A DNA stretch of 64,000 nt from Leptonemataceae bacterium (GTDB lineage Bacteria > Spirochaetota > Leptospiria > Leptospirales > Leptonemataceae), in NCBI GenBank assembly GCA_965227295.1, contig OZ245742.1, positions 3,072,001 to 3,136,000 on the forward strand, given 5' to 3'. Of this stretch, positions 47,387-55,704 are shown in pieces. Every line of letters starts with the position of its first letter. Position 1 is the first letter of the stretch. The translations under genes were made by a program, and so were the position numbers. The notes beneath the pieces were generated by a model that did not search any database, was not told the origin of the DNA, and was given only the letters and a program-made list of their open reading frames with translations.

Positions 47387-49498
47387 TTGACCGTGAAACT
47401 AACTTCCGATAAACGGAACATTGTGAAGTGTTCGGTTCCACTGCGTCGCCTGGTCGTCTGCGTGTGCCTGGCGAGTTCTCTGCCGTTCTGTGGCCAGGCG
47501 CGCGACGGCATTGTTGAGGGCGCCCAACGCCTGGACCTGCTGCCGCATCTGTACTACCGCGACGACGTGCACGAGGTTTCGCAAGATGCAACGCCGTCGT
47601 TCGAAGATTGCGGCGCGGCGCCCTGGGTGAGGTTGATCGACGCCGGCGATCGCATTCGACGTACGCGCGCCCCGGAGCTCTTTCACCTCTGCTTTCGTCC
47701 GGAGGAGCTCCCGGTAACTTCGCGGCAGGCGTCCCTGTTTGCCGGCCGGCTCTGGGCGCGATTTACGGTCTATGCCGACGACGTGCGGCTGTACGCGGCC
47801 CGGCCGCCGGTGGAATCGTTGCACTTCACCTGGCATCTCGTCTCCGTTCCCGCCGACGCGCGGGTCATCGGCCTGGACGTCCGGCACCGTTCCGATCAAC
47901 TCTTTCAGATCCGCGACTTCGCTTACGGCGATGAAACGGCCCACGTTCTGTATCTCATTCGTTCGCAGCTGGACCTCGTGAGCTTCGGCATCATGTTCGT
48001 GTTGATCGGTTTGTTCGTCGGCGTGTTGACCGTCGTGGGTCGCGGTGAGCGCCGGGCCGTGGTCGCCTTCGATGCTCTCAGTATCTCGGTGGGTGTGTAC
48101 ACGATCGCGCTGTCGGACGTGAGTCGTTTGATTGTAGATGCGCCCGCCTTCTGGACGTGCCTGTTGTTCCTGGCGTTGTTCGCGATTCCGGTGGCCCTGG
48201 GCATCTTTACGGCGAGCGTGCTGGAAGAACGCCGTCGCCCGTTGGTACGCATCCTGTGGAAGATCCACCTCGCCCATGCCCTTGCGTTCGTCGCGCTCTT
48301 CGTAACCACCGGCCTGCAACATCAGTTCTGGATCGTACTCACTGTTTTTGTGATGTACCTCATCTCACTGACGATCTATCTCGTGCGTTCGGCGAAGCAG
48401 GCCGTGCAGGGCAGCAGTCGCTCGCGCATCTACTTCGCGGGCTTTCTCGTGTTCACGATTTTCACGGCCTACGATATTTTCGGCGGTTACCTGGCGGTGC
48501 TTCCCTGGCAGCGTTATACGTTTCATTGGGGCATGCTGGTATTCATCTTCGCCCTGGGTTACATTCTCGAACGACGCTTTCACGTGGCCCGCCGCGGCAT
48601 CGCCGAACACGCGCGGGAACTGGAACGCATGAACGCGGCCTACGCGCGCTTCGTGCCGCGGGAATTTTTACGTTACATGGGCAAAGAGAGCATCGTCGAC
48701 GTGGAGCTGGGCGATACCGTCGAGATGGAACTCACGCTGATGGTCACGGACATTCATTCGTTCACGTCGCTCAGCGAACGCATGACGCCGGAAGAGAACT
48801 TCGATTTCGTGAACTCGTACTTTCGCAAACTGGCGCCGATCATTCGCGAACACCACGGCTTCGTGGCGAAGTACATGGGCGACGGCATCATGGCGGCGTT
48901 CCCCGGGGCCGCGGAGTCCGCTCTGGAGGCGGCCATCGAAATCCAGAGTGTGCTTGCGGAGTACAACAAGTCCCGGCGGGCTCAGGGCCGGGATCCGGTG
49001 CAGACCGGCGTGTCCATTCACAGCGGCGTGGTGCGACTGGGCACCGTCGGTGAAGAGGAACGCATGCAGGGCGATGTCATGGCCGATGCGGCGAACACCG
49101 CGGCGCGGCTGGAAGGATTGACGAAATACTACGGAGCCCGCGTCGTGTTCAGCGGCCAGACGTTGTTTGCTCTGGAGGATCCGACCCGTTATCATTTCCG
49201 TATCCTCGATACGGTCATCGTCAAGGGCAAACAGGAACCGGTGTCGGTGATCGAACTCTTCGCCGATCCCGAAGAAGAAAACGCGAAACGCAAACTGGAA
49301 ACGCGCGAGAACTTCGAGAAGGGCTTTCATCACTACCACGGCGGCGAGTTCCGGGAAGCCTGTGAGAGTTTTCGCGCGGTGCTCCGGCACAATCCGGACG
49401 ACCTGGCGGCGCAGCAGTACCTCAAGCGCGCGGAGTACTTCGCCGAACACGGGACCCCGCCGGACTGGCAGAGCATCCAGATGTTCGAACACAAATGA
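47387..49498 (+). CDS. Membrane-bound (7TM-DISM-like) class III adenylate/guanylate cyclase (start uncertain)
   Basis: Extracellular beta domain, about 7 TMs, RFVPREFL, TDIHSFT, KYMGDGIMA, DAANTAARLE, VKGK, TPR-like tail. Confidence 0.9.
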   Translation: MTVKLTSDKRNIVKCSVPLRRLVVCVCLASSLPFCGQARDGIVEGAQRLDLLPHLYYRDDVHEVSQDATPSFEDCGAAPWVRLIDAGDRIRRTRAPELFHLCFRPEELPVTSRQASLFAGRLWARFTVYADDVRLYAARPPVESLHFTWHLVSVPADARVIGLDVRHRSDQLFQIRDFAYGDETAHVLYLIRSQLDLVSFGIMFVLIGLFVGVLTVVGRGERRAVVAFDALSISVGVYTIALSDVSRLIVDAPAFWTCLLFLALFAIPVALGIFTASVLEERRRPLVRILWKIHLAHALAFVALFVTTGLQHQFWIVLTVFVMYLISLTIYLVRSAKQAVQGSSRSRIYFAGFLVFTIFTAYDIFGGYLAVLPWQRYTFHWGMLVFIFALGYILERRFHVARRGIAEHARELERMNAAYARFVPREFLRYMGKESIVDVELGDTVEMELTLMVTDIHSFTSLSERMTPEENFDFVNSYFRKLAPIIREHHGFVAKYMGDGIMAAFPGAAESALEAAIEIQSVLAEYNKSRRAQGRDPVQTGVSIHSGVVRLGTVGEEERMQGDVMADAANTAARLEGLTKYYGARVVFSGQTLFALEDPTRYHFRILDTVIVKGKQEPVSVIELFADPEEENAKRKLETRENFEKGFHHYHGGEFREACESFRAVLRHNPDDLAAQQYLKRAEYFAEHGTPPDWQSIQMFEHK

Positions 49499-49815
49499 AC
49501 GAGAACGGACCCAAAGACTGCTGCCTCAGCGACACGAACGTCGAGGTGGTACGGAACATCGGCGAGCAGGGCAGTCTTGCGCGCTGTGGGCAGTGCGGGC
49601 GTTCGTTCTTGCGAGCACGCATGTTCTTCGACGAGATGTGCATCGATCCCCTGGACTATCGACTGTGGCAGGAGGTGGAACCGGACGTACGCCTCGACGC
49701 CTTCGACTTCAGTGATCGCGCGGGGGAGCGGGACCTGGCCGACTACATCATGAACCACAAGCCGTACTACGCCTGCAATACTTCGGCCGGCGGCGAGTAC
49801 CAGAGAGTCGAATGA
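49495..49815 (+). CDS. Small Cys-rich hypothetical protein
   Basis: ATGA overlaps at both ends; CC and CGQC motifs. Confidence 0.65.
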   Translation: MNENGPKDCCLSDTNVEVVRNIGEQGSLARCGQCGRSFLRARMFFDEMCIDPLDYRLWQEVEPDVRLDAFDFSDRAGERDLADYIMNHKPYYACNTSAGGEYQRVE

Positions 49816-50978
49816 ACTTCCTGCTGCGACCGGCCGCCCTGGCGCTGTTAACTTTTGTTGCCTGGAACCTTGTCCAGGAATTCGCCCTGTCCGCGGAACT
49901 GCGCTACCTGCGCGGCGGCGACCGTTTCGTGTGGAATCACAAGATTCACGAACTTCGTGCCGGTCGCCTCGAAAGCTACGAACTCTATATCCTGGGCGAC
50001 TCCCAGACCATGAGCGGCATTCGTCCGGAGCTGCTCCGTAAGAGTTCCTACAACCTGGCGTTACCGTCCCAGCAGCCCGAGGGCATGCGCAGCCTGGCGG
50101 AGTATCTGCCGCAGGCGGGCGGCGGTGTGAGTAATGCCGGCCGTCCCATCGTACTCATCAACATCAACCCGTTCAACCTCTTCGAAAGCGAGGTGCGCCG
50201 ATCGTTCCGTCACTACTACGGTCAGGAGCTGTTGCGCTACGACCTGGCCGGCGTTGCCGCGCGCAGCCCCGGATTGGTCGGCACGTCGGCGGGGGACTGG
50301 TTGCATCAGGTGTTGCTTTTTGTGCCGGCGTACCGGGCGAACTATGTCCTCGGTCCGTTGATCGGTCTCGGTGAGGCGGGGCTGTCGGATTTTCCGTTGT
50401 CGGAACTGCGACGCAAGCCGGAGCTGATCCCCGCCGCCGATTACGAGGAGTACCTCCGGGCGGCTCCGGGCCCGTTCGCGGAAATCGCGCAGCGCCGGGA
50501 ACGGAACCGGCGCCTCGAAGATCGCCTGCGCTCCGACGGCGGTTTCTGGATCTGGAAAGACTACGGCGCGGCCGGTCCCGGGAGCGATCGTAGGAGTTCC
50601 TACAATTACGAAGACTGTCCGGCGCGTCCGGACCTGGATACGGCCGCCTCTCCCGGCTTCTACGTGTATCCGGATCGTCCGGCGTCCGCGGCGGCCTACC
50701 ACGATCTCTTCGACTTTCTTCTAAAGAAAGGTTATCGCATTGTGATTGTGCAGCTTCCGTTCTCGCCCGGCTACGGCGGAATCGTGAATGAGGCCGCGGT
50801 CTATGCCATGCTCGATCGGCGCCTCGCCGAACTCACCGCCGACCGGCCGGAAATTCAGGTGCTGCCGCGGCCGCCGGCGGACACCATCCGCGCGACCGGC
50901 GGCTACTCGGATCTTACGCATCTTTCGGCCTGCGGGGCCACGGACCTCACGGAGTGGTTGCGCGATCGGCTGCCGTGA
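49812..50978 (+). CDS. SGNH-like / DUF1574-like membrane-anchored protein
   Basis: N-terminal TM, ILGDSQ, YNLALP, C-terminal SDLTHLS (DxxH). Confidence 0.7.
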   Translation: MNFLLRPAALALLTFVAWNLVQEFALSAELRYLRGGDRFVWNHKIHELRAGRLESYELYILGDSQTMSGIRPELLRKSSYNLALPSQQPEGMRSLAEYLPQAGGGVSNAGRPIVLININPFNLFESEVRRSFRHYYGQELLRYDLAGVAARSPGLVGTSAGDWLHQVLLFVPAYRANYVLGPLIGLGEAGLSDFPLSELRRKPELIPAADYEEYLRAAPGPFAEIAQRRERNRRLEDRLRSDGGFWIWKDYGAAGPGSDRRSSYNYEDCPARPDLDTAASPGFYVYPDRPASAAAYHDLFDFLLKKGYRIVIVQLPFSPGYGGIVNEAAVYAMLDRRLAELTADRPEIQVLPRPPADTIRATGGYSDLTHLSACGATDLTEWLRDRLP

Positions 50979-51009
50979 AGGCATGGGCGTCTCAGCTTTT
51001 CAGTGCTGC

Positions 51010-51036
51010 AAATAGTCAGCATCGCTGACTATTTTT
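51010..51036. terminator. Perfect 11-bp palindrome between convergent genes: bidirectional terminator or MarR-type operator
   Basis: AAATAGTCAGC-ATC-GCTGACTATTT followed by TT. Confidence 0.55.
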
Positions 51037-51062
51037 ACTTGAAATCATTCGGGTCGTTACGT

Positions 51063-51512
51063 TTATTCGTTTTGATCGGCGTGAGCGACGATCAGCTTCG
51101 TCAGGATGCGATGCAACTGATCGCTTTCCGTGCGATTCAGCGGCTTGAGGAACTCCTGCTGCGCAGCCCGGGCGAGTTTCCAGAGTTCTTTCAGGAGGTT
51201 GCGACCGGAACCGGTCAGATGAATCAGATTCTGCCGACGATCGTTCGTATCCTTGCGGCGCTCCACGAGCCGCGCCGCTTCGAGCTGATCGACCAGGGCC
51301 ACCATGGTGGTACGGTCCACGCTCGCCCGGGAACCGAGATTGCTCTGGTTGATGGGGCCGCCGGCTCTGAGGATTTCCAGCAGTTGGAGATGCGCGGTGG
51401 TAAGACCGTATCGCCCCAGGCGGTCGTTCGTCGCCGTGCGGATCAGCCCGCCGGCGGTGTTGAGCAGATAGCCGGTCGTTTCAGAGAACAGGCGCACGGA
51501 AAACGAATCCAT
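51063..51512 (-). CDS. MarR-family transcriptional regulator
   Basis: GYLL, YGLT..HLQLL, NQSNL, VDRTTMVALVDQLE, DRRQNLIHLT.SG. Confidence 0.92.
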   Translation of the reverse strand: MDSFSVRLFSETTGYLLNTAGGLIRTATNDRLGRYGLTTAHLQLLEILRAGGPINQSNLGSRASVDRTTMVALVDQLEAARLVERRKDTNDRRQNLIHLTGSGRNLLKELWKLARAAQQEFLKPLNRTESDQLHRILTKLIVAHADQNE

Positions 51513-51572
51513 GACGAACAGCTTCGAGTCAGGAAAGCACGGCGCAATCATCTTTAGCACGGTCGGGAGGCC

Positions 51573-52427
51573 ATGATGATCAAGAAAGTTGTAAAGACAG
51601 TCCGTGCCGAAATGATGAGCCCCACGCAGGGCCTGCTCATCGCCGATCTGAAACTCAATGACATGCCGGAGATCATGGATCCCTTTTTATCGTTCTCCGA
51701 ATTCGAAATGGCCCAGCCTTTTTTTCCGCCGCATCCGCACGCAGGTTTCTCGGCCGTCACGTACATGTTGCCGGATTCCGAGAACGGTTTTCTCAATCGC
51801 GACAGCCGCGGCGATCGAATCGACATACGTCCTGGCGACCTGCACTGGACCGGCGCCGGCGCCGGTATCATGCACGAGGAAACGCCGCTCGTCCGCGGTG
51901 TCGTCGCCCACGGCCTTCAGATCTTCGTCAATCTGCGTTCGCATCGCAAGTGGATGGAGCCCCGCGTCCTGCACGTCGACGCGGCGGATATTCCGCTGGT
52001 CGCTCGCGACGGCATGACAGTGCGGGTCGTCGCCGGACGCTGGAAAGATGCGGAGTCGCCGCTCCGGCCACCGACCGAGGTGACGCTGCTCGATGTAGAA
52101 CTCGAAGCGCATGCCGTGTTCGAGGCTGACGTCCTACCGGGGGAAGGACGATTCGCCTACGTCCTCGAGGGTCGGGTGGACGCGGGTTCCTCCGGTGAGA
52201 CGGTGAGCATCGAGCGACGGGAGGCCGCGGGTTTTGCGGAAGCCGGCGAAGTGTTGCGCATCGTCGCCTCCGGTGACCGCGCGCGAGTGATCATCGCCGG
52301 CGGAGCGCCCCTGCGAGAACCGATCGTATTCTCCGGACCATTCTGCATGAATTCGCAGGAAGACATCCTTCGGGTACGGCGGGCTTTCCAGGCCGGCGAA
52401 ATGGGTCAGCTCGAACGATCTTTTTAA
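51573..52427 (+). CDS. Pirin family protein
   Basis: DPFL, FPPHPHAGF, WTGAGAGIMHEE, LQIFVNL, LREPIVFSGPFCMN. Confidence 0.95.
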   Translation: MMIKKVVKTVRAEMMSPTQGLLIADLKLNDMPEIMDPFLSFSEFEMAQPFFPPHPHAGFSAVTYMLPDSENGFLNRDSRGDRIDIRPGDLHWTGAGAGIMHEETPLVRGVVAHGLQIFVNLRSHRKWMEPRVLHVDAADIPLVARDGMTVRVVAGRWKDAESPLRPPTEVTLLDVELEAHAVFEADVLPGEGRFAYVLEGRVDAGSSGETVSIERREAAGFAEAGEVLRIVASGDRARVIIAGGAPLREPIVFSGPFCMNSQEDILRVRRAFQAGEMGQLERSF

Positions 52428-52543
52428 TGCCGGCGACGCTCGTTCTCGATTTTTGCTGCGACGTCCATCCAGACGGTTGGTCCGGACGAAAAACACATTG
52501 CCTGCCGTGCGGGGATGAGAGATGAAGTTCGCAGCGGAATTGC

Positions 52544-55500
52544 ATGGCATCTTTTCGAACCATACCGGGCGTCGTCGTGGCGCTGGCCTTTGCCGTTACC
52601 CTGGGCGCTTCCGATCTGGCCGCGCAGCTCGTTCCGCAAACGAGTTCGTATCGCACGCTGAAGACCCAACACTTCCAGGTCCACTATCCCGGCGATCAAA
52701 AAGACTTCGCCCGCCGCGCCGGTCGCATCGCCGAACGCATTCACGCCGAGCTTGAACCGAAGTACCGCAGTGGAGCGGAGGACACGCACATCATCCTGGT
52801 CTACAGCACGGATGTAGTCAACGCCTTCGCGACGCCGGTGGGCATCGATACCATCGTCCTGTTCCTCGACAATCCGCGCCAGGGTTCGTTTTCGCGCTTT
52901 GATCTCTGGGCCGAGTTGCTGATTCGCCACGAGTATACGCACATCCTCTCGCTGCGCCAGTGGTCGCTGCAGGATCAGCCGGTGCTTACGATCCTGCGCT
53001 TCGTCTTCGGTGTGCCGCCGAACCTGCTGTCGCCGTTCGGCTTCATCGAGGGGGTCGCGGTATTCGAAGAAAGCAAAACCGGCACCGGCCGGATCCACGA
53101 TCCCCTCACCGAAATGACGGTTCGCACCGCGGTCCTGGAAGATGCGTATCCCAGCCTGGCCGAAATCCTGAACGGTTCCCACCGCTGGCCCTTCGGCAGC
53201 CTCGGCTATCTCTACGGCGGTCGTTTGATGCAGTACATCGCCGACCGCTACGGCGACGAAGCCGTGCGCCGATACTGGCACAAAGATCATCTGCCGTTCA
53301 CCATCGACTCACGGTTGAGCCCGGTGCTGCCGGTGGCTACATTGTATCGGGAATTTCGCAAAGCAGAGGTGGAACGTTACGAACAGGAACTCGACGAACT
53401 GCGCGCGCAGGGCATCACCGAGTTCGAGCGCCTTACGAACGACGGCTACACCAAAGAGTTTCTCTATGTGAATGCGGAGGGCGAAGTGGCCTACTTCGCG
53501 AGCCCGCGGGATCGTTTGCCCGGCCTGTACGTCCTCGAAGAAGACGGCGAGCAGGATCGCCGGCGCTATCTGTCCGCGACCAGAGGCTTTGCCGAGGGCG
53601 GCGAACGCAAGGTCTACAGTGAGGACACGTTCTTTCTGCCGGGCTTCGGCCTGCGCTACGAACTCTTCGACGGCGACGACTGGTTCTTCCTGGATCGCCT
53701 GCGTCGCGGTGAGAGCGGCCAGTATCCTTCACTAACTTCCGATGGGCGCAGGTTATTCTACGTCGGCCGTGACAACGACGAACGTTACCTGGCCACGGCT
53801 CAGTTGGATGCCGACGATGACCTCGTCGGTGAGCGCAGGATTCTCACCGTTCCTTTTACCGGCTTCATTCAATACACGGCCCTGTCGCCGGACGACAGCC
53901 GGCTCGCCGTCCTGGTGCGGGAGGGCGAGCGAGGTCAGGGCGCGCTCATGCTGTGTGATGTAAACACTCTGCCCCCGGAAGGAAGTCCGGCGGATTGTCG
54001 GGTGCTCGTGGGCGGGCCGGGCACCAAGATCCAGCCCCGCTTCTCGCCGGACGGCGCGGAGGTGATCTTTGCCTCGGACGTGGACGGCATCTATAACCTG
54101 TACTCCGTGGATGTTAACAGCGGTCGGGTGCAACGACTCACGCGGACGTTGACGGGGTTGTTTTTCCCGGCACCGTCCGGGGACTCGCTCTACGCCCTCG
54201 GCTATTTCTCCGAGGGCTACGACGTGGTGCGCCTGCGCAACGCGGACCTGTTGCGCGAGGAGGTGAGTTTGTTCGATCAACCCGTCCCGGGCGTCGCCGA
54301 GGACGCGTTGACGTACGACGGCCTGTCTCCGGTGGAAGGCGAAGAAGCCTGGGAGGAGTCCGGTTATTTTCCGCCGCTGGAGATTCGCCCTACGGTCCTC
54401 GGCCTGTTCGGCCCCATTTCGTCGCTGAACTTTGCCGTACTGGCGCGGGATCCCATGTTCCGCCATCTCTTCCTGGCCGGCGTCGGCGCCGCGGTGCCGG
54501 ACCCGGTCGCCCTCGCACAGTACGACTACGCCCGCTTTGCCCTGGGGTTGAGCGCGTTCTACGCCACGAACAACTGGAAACGGCCCCGGCAGCCGGGCTG
54601 CCTGAACGACGAGGACCCGCTGCGCTTTCTGTGCGACGGTCGCTACTGGTTCTTCGAAGAGGCCCGGGGCTACGTGCGCTACACCGGTCGCGGTCGTTAC
54701 ACGGACGGTCAGATCCTCTTGGGATACGCTCATCAGAAGTTACGCAATGCGCGCCGCATTCGCGCAACCGAATACGACGCCCGGGATCTGAACCTGAGCG
54801 GGCCGTCGGCGCTGCTCACCCTGGGGCGCACGCACTACTTCCCGGAGTCGGTGTCGCCGGAATTGGGCTGGCGCCTCTTTGCGAGCACGGACTATTACAC
54901 GAAACCGGAATCCACGGATAAGCCGGACCCGAACACCCGCCACGAGATCGAGTACGGCGTGGCCGAGGGCGGCCTGGCGTTGTATCTGCCGTCGTTCTTT
55001 TCTCATCACGTGAACTATCTCAACGGCTACGGCTACGGCAGCTACGGGCCGGACCGGCAACTGCAAAAGGTTCGCCTGAATCGTTTCGTCCGCGGCCAGG
55101 AGTACGACAAGGCCCCGTCCGATCATTCCGCCTTCGTGTTTACCTACGAGTACCGCTTTCCGTTGATCTGGCTCTCGCAGGGCCTGTTCGGTCAGAGTAC
55201 CGGCTTTTTTATGTTCAACGGCGTGGGTGTCTCGCTGTTCTATGATTACGGCACCGTCTTTGATCGTAAGATCTACTCGGACTCGCCCTGGGCCGGGGCA
55301 TACGGCGTGGCCTTTTCGTTTTCCATCAACGTTCTGTATTTAAGATTGCCCGAGTTAAAGCTAAGCATCGCTCGCGGCACGGGGCCGGCCGGGGAGACCC
55401 AGGTCTATCTTGCGTTCAACGCCGAGTTCGGAACCGGGCCCATCGTCGGCCACGATCACGCGAACCGCTACGATCCGGTGACGGCGCCGTACCGGCAGGG

Positions 55501-55567
55501 TTTCCGGGATCGAAAAGAGAACGCGGGCTACTGGCGCGATCGCTGGGCCGGCGGCGTGCTGGAGTGA
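52544..55567 (+). CDS. Secreted gluzincin-like peptidase - TolB/PD40 beta-propeller - Omp85-like barrel protein
   Basis: Signal peptide; TQHFQVHY, HEYTH..EGVAV; PD40-like PRFSPDG, DGIYNLY; C-terminal YEYRFPL, SLFYDYG, VYLAFNAEF. Confidence 0.75.
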   Translation: MASFRTIPGVVVALAFAVTLGASDLAAQLVPQTSSYRTLKTQHFQVHYPGDQKDFARRAGRIAERIHAELEPKYRSGAEDTHIILVYSTDVVNAFATPVGIDTIVLFLDNPRQGSFSRFDLWAELLIRHEYTHILSLRQWSLQDQPVLTILRFVFGVPPNLLSPFGFIEGVAVFEESKTGTGRIHDPLTEMTVRTAVLEDAYPSLAEILNGSHRWPFGSLGYLYGGRLMQYIADRYGDEAVRRYWHKDHLPFTIDSRLSPVLPVATLYREFRKAEVERYEQELDELRAQGITEFERLTNDGYTKEFLYVNAEGEVAYFASPRDRLPGLYVLEEDGEQDRRRYLSATRGFAEGGERKVYSEDTFFLPGFGLRYELFDGDDWFFLDRLRRGESGQYPSLTSDGRRLFYVGRDNDERYLATAQLDADDDLVGERRILTVPFTGFIQYTALSPDDSRLAVLVREGERGQGALMLCDVNTLPPEGSPADCRVLVGGPGTKIQPRFSPDGAEVIFASDVDGIYNLYSVDVNSGRVQRLTRTLTGLFFPAPSGDSLYALGYFSEGYDVVRLRNADLLREEVSLFDQPVPGVAEDALTYDGLSPVEGEEAWEESGYFPPLEIRPTVLGLFGPISSLNFAVLARDPMFRHLFLAGVGAAVPDPVALAQYDYARFALGLSAFYATNNWKRPRQPGCLNDEDPLRFLCDGRYWFFEEARGYVRYTGRGRYTDGQILLGYAHQKLRNARRIRATEYDARDLNLSGPSALLTLGRTHYFPESVSPELGWRLFASTDYYTKPESTDKPDPNTRHEIEYGVAEGGLALYLPSFFSHHVNYLNGYGYGSYGPDRQLQKVRLNRFVRGQEYDKAPSDHSAFVFTYEYRFPLIWLSQGLFGQSTGFFMFNGVGVSLFYDYGTVFDRKIYSDSPWAGAYGVAFSFSINVLYLRLPELKLSIARGTGPAGETQVYLAFNAEFGTGPIVGHDHANRYDPVTAPYRQGFRDRKENAGYWRDRWAGGVLE

Positions 55568-55571
55568 CGCG

Positions 55572-55598
55572 AAATCATACTCATTCGTGTGATTTTTT
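55572..55598 (+). terminator. Weak intrinsic terminator after the Omp85-like gene
   Basis: AAATCATAC-TCATTC-GTGTGATTT followed by a T-run. Confidence 0.4.
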
Positions 55599-55704
55599 AT
55601 CGATGCCACTTGCGGGAAAGTTCGAAAAAGTTTACATTAAGCTCCTTTTCTTCTTGATATTCTAAAAAAAGCACTTAGCGTCGCCCTCCGGCGAGGGTAT
55701 ATCA

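Noticed and set aside
51003..51557. 184-aa plus-strand ORF antisense to marR
   Set aside because: Mirror of a well-supported MarR gene with no recognisable motifs; only the possibility of antisense transcription is kept as a finding.
55575..55592. CRP site upstream of the Rhs gene
   Set aside because: Half-sites are in the wrong order and spacing (TCATA-N8-TGTGA); better explained as a terminator stem.
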